Source: a virus
Taxonomy: Duplodnaviria; Caudoviricetes
Direction: 5' to 3' (one strand)
Virus record (IMG/VR): IMGVR_UViG_3300005077_000095
Location: 1-26,105 of that record
DNA length: 26,105 bases
Shown here: positions 18,781 to 26,105 of the stretch, in pieces
How the letters are laid out: each line of letters begins with the position of its first letter
How positions within the stretch are numbered: the first letter of the stretch is position 1
Translations under genes and position numbers: made by a program
The notes under the pieces: model-generated
What the model was told of the DNA's origin: nothing
The model's database searches: none
The model's input: the letters and a program-made list of their open reading frames with translations, nothing else

Positions 18781-20250
18781 TTATGCAGCAAATTGAAGCA
18801 TAAATGATGTAGTAGGGTTAGTAAAGGAGATACCTTGACTAATCATAACTTCATACTTGGCTTCATCTTTGGTTGTAGAAAGAATACCTTCGGGAATAGC
18901 ACCCCACGAACCAGGTAAAGGTGTAAGACCCTTGTAAACTCCAGTAATATATTCACGACCTTCTTCTGCAACAATTGTGATATTCCTACCACCATCGTTA
19001 GTACGTGAATGATCGAGACAAATCAGAGTATAGGATTCCCAAGGATAACCGTTATACATCTGACCATTAGCACGTTGACCTTCAGCAAGAAGTCCTTGAT
19101 CGAAATAATTACTTACTTTAACAGTAAGAATTTTTCCATCAATTGTTTTATACTGATTGAAATACGCACCATAAGTCAGATAACCTTCTCCACTTATACC
19201 TTTTGCCCCAAGAGGAGTAAAGTATTGATTCAAAAGAGCATCGGTCATAATAGCGTTATGGAACATTTCTGCACCACCACGACCAGTATAGATAATAAGC
19301 TCCATAGGAGTATCATCAATACGATTACCGAATACTGCTTTAATGGTATTATCAAACTTCTGACGAGTCAGAGTTGAATAGGTATCGTAGTTACCTACGA
19401 CTTTAAGTGCTTGTTTAATACCAGCACCTTTAGGAACAACTTCGTTTGAAACCTCATCAATAAGGTGAATCACACCATACTGATCACGGTTATATTCAGA
19501 TTCCCAGAGATCGGTTTCAAGCATGAGCCTCATATCCTTTTCGAAAAGACTCATTTCAAAAGGCATCCACATATCAGTGGTACCACCACCTTCAGTATCA
19601 AACTGAATATTCACAACTTTATTAGCGATGTTACCGCTAATCTCTTTGGAATAACGTTGGAAACCAAACTGGTTAGTCCACTCACCAGGAGTCATTGAAT
19701 TGGAATGAGTACCATCTGATTTAACAGCTGATACAGATGTGGGACCATATGTCCAACTCTTACCTGAAATGAAGTTATCAAGTGTAACATAAGTTGTCTG
19801 ATCACCAGTCATGAGCATACCTTCGTACAACCATTCATTAGTTCCAATCTTACGACCTTCACTTTGAATACGAACTTGATGAAGTCCATCAGGAGTACGA
19901 ACTGAATAACTTACATGGAAGGTATTATCTTCCATCACAAAACGGAACTTACTCCTACCAAGACCAGGATAACTAAAGGAATCCTGAAGTCTAACGATAC
20001 GAGAAGTATGCTTCATTCTACCAAATACTTTCCATGTGTATTGAGTATCATTAAGCCTAAGAGGTTTCTTACTGACGATAGCACCATTACCTTCAGTCAT
20101 AGTGAGCAAAGGAAACATATCACTATCCTTACCATACAAGTAAGTGAGATTTTGTTTAAGTTCTACGGGAGTAAGCAGTCCAGTACGATATAAAAGATTT
20201 ACATCAGTATGCTGGGTAGCATTGAATTGAGTTGTTGAAAGTTCTCGCAT
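18781..20250 (-). CDS. Major capsid protein (crAss-like, HK97 fold)
   Basis: 489 aa with NLTYLYGKDSDMFPLLTMTEGNG, NQFGFQRYSKEISGNIANKV, LETDLWESEYNRD, IYTGRGG and YGAYFNQYKTIDG, all characteristic of crAss-like MCPs. Synteny is terminase-portal-scaffold-MCP. Confidence 0.92.
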   Translation of the reverse strand: MRELSTTQFNATQHTDVNLLYRTGLLTPVELKQNLTYLYGKDSDMFPLLTMTEGNGAIVSKKPLRLNDTQYTWKVFGRMKHTSRIVRLQDSFSYPGLGRSKFRFVMEDNTFHVSYSVRTPDGLHQVRIQSEGRKIGTNEWLYEGMLMTGDQTTYVTLDNFISGKSWTYGPTSVSAVKSDGTHSNSMTPGEWTNQFGFQRYSKEISGNIANKVVNIQFDTEGGGTTDMWMPFEMSLFEKDMRLMLETDLWESEYNRDQYGVIHLIDEVSNEVVPKGAGIKQALKVVGNYDTYSTLTRQKFDNTIKAVFGNRIDDTPMELIIYTGRGGAEMFHNAIMTDALLNQYFTPLGAKGISGEGYLTYGAYFNQYKTIDGKILTVKVSNYFDQGLLAEGQRANGQMYNGYPWESYTLICLDHSRTNDGGRNITIVAEEGREYITGVYKGLTPLPGSWGAIPEGILSTTKDEAKYEVMISQGISFTNPTTSFMLQFAA

Positions 20251-20274
20251 AGCAAGTGTTGTTTAAGATTAAGA

Positions 20275-21621
20275 TTAACTACGAACAGGAAGCACCAATT
20301 TAACTGAAGATGAACTACTTCCACTAGACCTTCCTGGAGCATTGAGAGTAAGCTTACGAACTTTTTTAATTTCGTCATGCTTAGCTTTTGCAGCAACTAG
20401 TTGGCTATCATCATAACGAAGAAACCTACGTAGTGCTTCGAAAACATCATTATCAGGTTTACGATTAAGTTGTTCAATAGTTAACTCATATTGATTTTGA
20501 GTCATATTAACAACATTACCTTTAATGTTAAAAGGACGAACTTTACTAATATAGTCATTAAAGTCAGAAAGAGTCTTAACAACCATCTTTCCATCACTTT
20601 CTTTTACAGTAAAATTGTCAGAAAGAACAAAAGTTTCACCATTGATTTCAACCTTTTTAGTTGTAAGAGCATTATTAACACGTTCCCAATATTGTGCATT
20701 AGCAAGTGCTTGTTTATCCTCTTCATCTTTAATTAAAAGGTCTGCTTTAGCTTTATCGCTAGTTTGCTTATCAGAAAGATACTTTATTGCAAGAGTACCA
20801 AACTCTTTAAGTTTACCATCTTTTTTAATACCTTCGATAAAATATTTAGCAGTGTCATCACTGTCACCTTTTGTTTTACGTTCTTGAAGTATAATTTGAG
20901 TTATAGCATCATCATCAAGTTCAGAAATGTTTACCTTATTCCAATCAGGTTGTGGTACATACGTTCCAAGATTACCATATAGAATCTTGTGAGTACGCAT
21001 CTGTTGAATATCTGGATTTGCATCAAAGAACTTTTGAATTTCTGCTTTTGCAATATTTTGACCAATTTCAGTAGCAGCATCAATAGCTAATTTCTTTAAG
21101 CCCTCAGTAGTCTTTTCGTATACAACTGGTTGACCATTAGAAGTAGGTTTGAATTGAAGTGTTTCTTGAATAATCTCAAAAGGATCATCTCCTTCGTCAA
21201 TAGTTTGTTCAGCAAGTAATGCTGCAAGTTCATCTTTGGTTTTAAATACTTTACCGTCAGCTGCAATAGCATTACCATCCTTATCGATTTTGTATTTGGT
21301 AGTAACACCATTAGCTTCAATTTCAATTTCTTCACCTTCTTTTAAAGGCTCAACTGCTGGTTTTGCATTAGGATCAGAAAGTTCATCTTTCTTTTTAAAA
21401 AGAGAACCATCAATGTTATAGGCATTACCATCTTTATCAAGAAGATATTCCTTACCATCGATGGTAGCTTTTTGTGCGTCTTTAAGCTCAAGAAGTTTAG
21501 CTTCATTAGCAGCTTTTTCATCAGCAAGACGTTTTGCCTCAATCTGTTCAGGAGTCAGGGTTACTGGCTCTTTTATACCGTCAGGTGTAACAGGTGGCTT
21601 AAGTTTAATTGGATCACTCAT
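20275..21621 (-). CDS. Putative scaffolding / capsid assembly protein (crAss gene-77-like)
   Basis: 448 aa, highly charged (D/E/K), located between portal and MCP. Contains IDGKEYLLDKDGNA motifs and FFDANPDI, YWERV. Confidence 0.6.
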   Translation of the reverse strand: MSDPIKLKPPVTPDGIKEPVTLTPEQIEAKRLADEKAANEAKLLELKDAQKATIDGKEYLLDKDGNAYNIDGSLFKKKDELSDPNAKPAVEPLKEGEEIEIEANGVTTKYKIDKDGNAIAADGKVFKTKDELAALLAEQTIDEGDDPFEIIQETLQFKPTSNGQPVVYEKTTEGLKKLAIDAATEIGQNIAKAEIQKFFDANPDIQQMRTHKILYGNLGTYVPQPDWNKVNISELDDDAITQIILQERKTKGDSDDTAKYFIEGIKKDGKLKEFGTLAIKYLSDKQTSDKAKADLLIKDEEDKQALANAQYWERVNNALTTKKVEINGETFVLSDNFTVKESDGKMVVKTLSDFNDYISKVRPFNIKGNVVNMTQNQYELTIEQLNRKPDNDVFEALRRFLRYDDSQLVAAKAKHDEIKKVRKLTLNAPGRSSGSSSSSVKLVLPVRS

Positions 21622-21673
21622 AGTTTCAAGTATTAGTTAATCAGTTAGAAAATCTGTTATTAACTTAGTTGTT

Positions 21674-21704
21674 TAAAGATACACATATTAGTTGTAAGAA
21701 CAAT
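21674..21704 (-). promoter_or_regulatory. Candidate Bacteroidota-type housekeeping promoter (-33 TTG / -7 TAnnTTTG-like) upstream of the scaffold-MCP genes
   Basis: The minus strand reads ATTG-N19-TATCTTTA, one mismatch to each of the TTTG and TAnnTTTG consensus elements with canonical spacing. It lies in the longest intergenic gap (21622-21763), ~50 nt upstream of the ATG at 21621. The AT-rich context makes a chance match possible. Confidence 0.4.
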
Positions 21705-21763
21705 ATCTATTTCAAGCATATAATAAGGAATAAACCTTATATAATGTTAAACTTGTTAAGATA

Positions 21764-23938
21764 TTAACTTGTAGGAACAGGTTTTTCAGGTGTAGTCATT
21801 ACTTTTCCAGCAGTTTGAATTTTAGCAACCATAACATCAGTTGCATTATCTTCCTGATTATTAGTTCGTTTTATTTCCAATTCAGCTTTCTTCAAAGCAT
21901 TCGCTTCTTCAATTGCAGCTACTTCACGTTCTCTAATTGAACGTTCATATGTTTCTTTTGCTTCAGCAAATTCATTTATAGTTCTTGCAATTTCTTGTGG
22001 TGTAGTAGCAGTAATAGCAACACTAGCCATTTTAAATTCTCCATTTTGACTAGCATTAAATGCAAATCTTTTAAAGCTATCCATTATATCTTGGCTTGCT
22101 TTACTATTACTAACACTCATTCCATACTTATTAAAATAATGTTCAGCAGGATCAACAGAAAATTCTATATATTCTTGCTTTTGTTTATCAAAATAAGTAC
22201 CATTTTTACCACTAATATAAGCATATTTGCTAAATTCTAAATCTGCAAGATGATCTTTTTCCAAAGCAGAATGAAACATAGTAACCATTAGGATACTACC
22301 AAGTTTAGCATACATAAGATTATTTTGATAACCAGTAGCTGTTTGATTACTATCGCCTTGACCTAATCTTTCACTATTCATATTAGAAACATCGAAAGCA
22401 TCTTGTTTATTACGTAAACGAAGATTCCAAAGAGTTTCAATATATTGCGCTATATTAGTTCTACCTATAGCTCTAATACCTTGTAATACAGTTTGAATAT
22501 CAATTTTAGAATCATCATATATAAGAGTATCATCTGCAAGCATATGTTGATACTTCTCATGTGGAGTACCTGCCTTATCTGGATTAAGTAAAGATTGAGG
22601 CATAGTAATAAGATCTGCTCTAAATTTAGCAATCGTTCTTTCAATAGCTAAAAGTAATATACGATCTACAATTAAATAAGGCTCTAAACGAATTGGTATA
22701 GGATTAAGTTTAACACCTCTTAATAAACCTTTTTTACCACCAATAGGAAGTTTAACAGTATTAGAAAAATGATCATATCTTTGTACCGTAATAGGTTCAG
22801 GTTTAGTATAAACACCTATATTAGGACCACCAAATCTATATTGTATATATACTTTAGGAATCCAAATATCTTCAAGTTTAAGATCATTGTTAGCTGGATT
22901 AAGTTCGTATGAAGAATCAACATGCATATGTTGTATTCTACCAAGTTGATCTTTATAAGTAAGTTCAACTACAGGTGATTGTGCTACAAAATATATAGTC
23001 CAAAGATCCATAGATTCACTAGCAATAAATACATTATTACTATTACCAGTATGATATACTATATTATCTAAATCACCTCTACGTTGAATTAAGTTTACAG
23101 GTACAACATATCCACCCATACTTTTATTGTATGTAATAGATTTAAGATAATTTTGTTCTTCTTCATCAACTAGATGAGCATAATGTTGTTCAAATTCTTG
23201 AAATGTAATTCTTTGTCTATATACAAAGCCATCATAATCTTCAACAAATTCTTTATTATTACTTATAGGATAACTATCTGCAACATTAAGAATCTCACGA
23301 TATAATTCACCATTACGAATATATCTATGAGTATAAAATTCTTCAGTCATCCACCAATCATTGAAAGCATTAATACGTTGATAATCAAAATCATTAAATG
23401 TATTAATAAAATCAAGTATGTGTTGTGCATTCTCAACTTTACTATCAAAGAATTCTTGTTTTACTTTATTAATCTTTTCTTTAAGTGCTATTGGATCAGG
23501 TTCAACAGGTGGCTTTCCTTCTTGTTGTAAACTACTAATATATTCAACAGTTGCTTGTTGTAATTCTCCAATTAAAACTTTAGCAACCATAGCATCACGA
23601 TCTGTTATTACATCTGGATTCTCAACAGTAACAAAGTATTGATAAGGTAAAACAATATATTCACCTATATTCTTTTCTCTAATAGGCGTAATAAAATCAA
23701 CGCTTCTTATTTCTCCAGGAAGATTTTTAACTTCTTCAGGTGCATTAGCAAAAGGTTGCATTACTTTTTTAAATGCATTAGTATCAATAGTACCACTAGC
23801 TACATTAATTGCTCTTCTTGTAAATGCTTTATCGTTTGATGCTATAGCTTTATTAATTAACCAATCAGCTGCATTCTTATACCAATCAGCAGTTTGTTTC
23901 TTTTTATCAGAAACTTTAAAATCAGGTTGAGTAGCCAT
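21764..23938 (-). CDS. Portal protein (crAss-like)
   Basis: 724 aa with QPDFKVSDKKKQTADWYK, LPGEIRSVDFITPIREKNIGEY, VKLPIGG, IERTIAK, AFNASQNG and a coiled-coil C-terminus. Lies directly downstream of the terminase. Confidence 0.9.
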   Translation of the reverse strand: MATQPDFKVSDKKKQTADWYKNAADWLINKAIASNDKAFTRRAINVASGTIDTNAFKKVMQPFANAPEEVKNLPGEIRSVDFITPIREKNIGEYIVLPYQYFVTVENPDVITDRDAMVAKVLIGELQQATVEYISSLQQEGKPPVEPDPIALKEKINKVKQEFFDSKVENAQHILDFINTFNDFDYQRINAFNDWWMTEEFYTHRYIRNGELYREILNVADSYPISNNKEFVEDYDGFVYRQRITFQEFEQHYAHLVDEEEQNYLKSITYNKSMGGYVVPVNLIQRRGDLDNIVYHTGNSNNVFIASESMDLWTIYFVAQSPVVELTYKDQLGRIQHMHVDSSYELNPANNDLKLEDIWIPKVYIQYRFGGPNIGVYTKPEPITVQRYDHFSNTVKLPIGGKKGLLRGVKLNPIPIRLEPYLIVDRILLLAIERTIAKFRADLITMPQSLLNPDKAGTPHEKYQHMLADDTLIYDDSKIDIQTVLQGIRAIGRTNIAQYIETLWNLRLRNKQDAFDVSNMNSERLGQGDSNQTATGYQNNLMYAKLGSILMVTMFHSALEKDHLADLEFSKYAYISGKNGTYFDKQKQEYIEFSVDPAEHYFNKYGMSVSNSKASQDIMDSFKRFAFNASQNGEFKMASVAITATTPQEIARTINEFAEAKETYERSIREREVAAIEEANALKKAELEIKRTNNQEDNATDVMVAKIQTAGKVMTTPEKPVPTS

Positions 23939-23944
23939 AATATA

Positions 23945-26104
23945 TTAACTATAGAGTTTAAGAGAACCAAGTAATGTTTGTTCAGTAACAGGAGTAGTAG
24001 CTTGAACTTTCTTGTAACGATATGCCATACGAAACAGAACATAAAGTCTGGCACAGCTAATTCTATCAAAGTTACCTTTTTTATTGTACTTTAACAACTC
24101 TTTAATAAAAGCAATATCCTGTATATAATGTAAGACGTATACAGGTTCACCATCTTCAGTCACGCTACATTTCTCATAAAGAAAATCTTTAAGACCTAAA
24201 ATAGCATCATCTGCTTTGGTACTATTTACACTTCTACCACCAATATTAACACCAAAAGGAATATTAAGTAAATTTTCATCTTTAACAATACGCATAGGGT
24301 CTCTCATAAGAAGATTTCTAAAGCCATCTTCTTTGAAATCAGTTACTACTGTACCTCTATCTGTTTCTGGTAAACATTTACCATTATATAATTGTGTTAA
24401 AAGCCTGGCAATTTTAGATCCTTCTTTAAGTGTCTCAGGTCTTCCAGTATAAGAGGCAACAAGTAAATCACCAGTACTATTAGCGATAGTATTAGGCAAC
24501 ATCCAAACTTGAATGGAAACAAGAGAATGTTTAATAGTAATTTCTTTTTCTTCCACATCTTTACCCATAGGGTCAATAACAACTGCATAAAGATTATCTG
24601 GTATTTGTCCATTAACTCTAAATGGAGAATGAAACATTCTAATACAACCTATAGGATCATCTTCTTTTCTTATTGGAACTTCTTCAATATAAGGATGAAT
24701 AGGTAATCCTTCAGATTGCATTTCAGCATGAGTTTTGAATACTGGAAGTCCATCTCTTTCAAAAACCATACCATCTCTATACTGAATTTTATCTTTACGA
24801 ACTGTAAGTTCTTTATAATAATCAGTTAATGCAGGAGAAGAAAATACATTTGTACTACCAATAATAAATGCTTCACTTGGACTATTTGCACGTTGTGCAC
24901 AGAATATATTATAATCATGTGGAGTCTTAGTTTTCTTAGCTTCTGCTTTACGTTCTAAATCTCTATACCAAGAAGTAATAAGAAAACTATTACCATGATT
25001 ATCCATATATGGATGGTAATTAAGTATTTGAGGGTGGAAAAATCCACACAATGTAGGTCTTGCATCGTTATCCCAAATGTTCTCTAATGGAAGCATATTA
25101 TTTTGTACTGGATTATAAAAGGCATTACTAAATGCAGTCCAATCTGCATCTTTAGCACCGCCAGTACCATAGATACGCATAGTACCAGATAATTCATCTC
25201 CTGCTTCTGTAGCTGATTCAGTAACATTTAATACTTCTTGAAGATTAGGACATTTACCTGCTTCTTCAATATCTACTTCAACTGCATCTTTACCAATAAG
25301 TGCACTAGGATTATTATAAAGACTTTCACTTAATACTGCACTATTCCAACCAAATATTTTATTACCTGAATCACTAAGTTTATATCCAAGATGAATTTCA
25401 TTAATTGCTTCTGATACAAAACCTCTTGTCCAATATGTTTGAGTTTCATACCAATCAAGATTAGTTTTGAGCATGCTAGTAGTAGCACCTTTTTTAGTTA
25501 AATATTTAAGATCATAAGCACCAAGAATAATTGTAATATCAGTATTTAAATTAACAGTATTAGCTCCTTGACTTGCACGTTTATAAGAATAACCTTTACG
25601 ACGTGCTTTACATTTAGCTAGATGATAATTATTATTAACAATAAATTCATCAATTTTAAAGTTCCAATAATCACCATCCCAAAACTTAGGAAAAGCTTGT
25701 AACTTTTTCTTCTTTGATTTAATCTTTAGAAGTTCTGCTTTTTCTTCATCAGTAGGCATACGCATAATCCTACTGTAATTAAGATAATTATAATGATCTC
25801 CTGTAATACGAACAGGATGTAATAATTGTTTACGTCTAGAAGGAGTGGTTTCTGGATCATAATATTCATCAACGTCTTTATGATATAACTTACAATTAAG
25901 TGTCATACCTTCTCTACGACGTTTAGTTTCTCTTATCCAAAATTCATCATAATCATTACTATCCTGTACGAAAGGACAATATCTTTTAGTATTATAATAT
26001 GTATTAGCAACTGCACTAAATTGTTCTGTACCTATAAATATGAAATCCATATTCATAAGAAATCCACCAGAAGCACCTATTTTAAAATCATCATCATGAT
26101 CAAT
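23945..26104 (-). CDS. terL: Terminase large subunit, 5' end truncated by the window edge
   Basis: Walker-A-like KARRKGYSY, Walker-B-like VDIEEAG, coupling motif YGTGG, nuclease motifs VVIDPMG and GNFDRIS. The frame stays open upstream of the ORF-track Met at 26056 (IDHDDDFKIGASGGFL-MNMDF), so the true start is probably outside the window. Confidence 0.93.
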   Translation of the reverse strand: MDHDDDFKIGASGGFLMNMDFIFIGTEQFSAVANTYYNTKRYCPFVQDSNDYDEFWIRETKRRREGMTLNCKLYHKDVDEYYDPETTPSRRKQLLHPVRITGDHYNYLNYSRIMRMPTDEEKAELLKIKSKKKKLQAFPKFWDGDYWNFKIDEFIVNNNYHLAKCKARRKGYSYKRASQGANTVNLNTDITIILGAYDLKYLTKKGATTSMLKTNLDWYETQTYWTRGFVSEAINEIHLGYKLSDSGNKIFGWNSAVLSESLYNNPSALIGKDAVEVDIEEAGKCPNLQEVLNVTESATEAGDELSGTMRIYGTGGAKDADWTAFSNAFYNPVQNNMLPLENIWDNDARPTLCGFFHPQILNYHPYMDNHGNSFLITSWYRDLERKAEAKKTKTPHDYNIFCAQRANSPSEAFIIGSTNVFSSPALTDYYKELTVRKDKIQYRDGMVFERDGLPVFKTHAEMQSEGLPIHPYIEEVPIRKEDDPIGCIRMFHSPFRVNGQIPDNLYAVVIDPMGKDVEEKEITIKHSLVSIQVWMLPNTIANSTGDLLVASYTGRPETLKEGSKIARLLTQLYNGKCLPETDRGTVVTDFKEDGFRNLLMRDPMRIVKDENLLNIPFGVNIGGRSVNSTKADDAILGLKDFLYEKCSVTEDGEPVYVLHYIQDIAFIKELLKYNKKGNFDRISCARLYVLFRMAYRYKKVQATTPVTEQTLLGSLKLYS

Positions 26105-26105
26105 A

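Noticed and set aside
21717-21746. Imperfect inverted repeat (cat..ataagg / ccttat..atg) just after the portal stop
   Set aside because: Only 6 contiguous perfect pairs in a very AT-rich context, too weak to call a terminator.
11872-24612. Short alternative-frame minus-strand ORFs (11872-12063, 17198-17419, 17432-17662, 17960-18196, 20199-20396, 21096-21335, 21342-21542, 23857-24069, 24397-24612)
   Set aside because: These are Leu/Met-rich off-frame translations produced by the codon bias of the overlapping real genes. I saw no slippery site or independent start signal to support them.
692-24706. All plus-strand ORFs in the track (e.g. 692-910, 6756-7259, 12716-13162, 17256-17690, 19009-19377, 20615-20887, 24216-24452)
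   Set aside because: Each lies antisense to a long, well-supported minus-strand gene and has the I/F/S/C-rich composition of a shadow ORF, with no recognisable motifs.
18781-26104. Introns, inteins or homing endonucleases in terminase, portal or MCP, which are common in some crAss-like lineages
   Set aside because: All three reading frames are continuous and of ordinary size, with no intein splice motifs or LAGLIDADG/HNH signatures seen.
1-26105. tRNA, rRNA, CRISPR array or mini-array
   Set aside because: Intergenic gaps are at most ~140 nt and show no cloverleaf or regularly spaced direct repeats.

Overview
The window is an AT-rich, almost fully coding piece of a crAss-like bacteriophage (Crassvirales, probable Bacteroidota host) and covers the virion morphogenesis block. 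All 18 genes lie on the minus strand. In transcription order they are: terminase large subunit (5' end outside the window), portal, scaffold-like protein, major capsid protein, two conserved capsid-module proteins, an enlarged tail ring protein, a single-TM coiled-coil protein, a second ring protein, the crAss IHF-like protein, the tail tubular/ring protein, an ~9 kb six-gene accessory block, and the muzzle/tail-stabilisation gene. The muzzle gene starts at 3562, runs off the left edge and is missing from the ORF track. The accessory block encodes a 1194-aa repeat fibre, a 792-aa acidic protein of six SwmB/Ig-like repeats, a holin-like protein, a 667-aa mosaic fibre, a 94-aa protein resembling the RcGTA head-spike base Rcc01079, and a DUF1617-like protein. 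This block, especially the candidate head-spike module, and the fibre-type domains inserted into a ring protein are the most notable features. All family assignments come from motif recognition by eye and need profile or structure searches.
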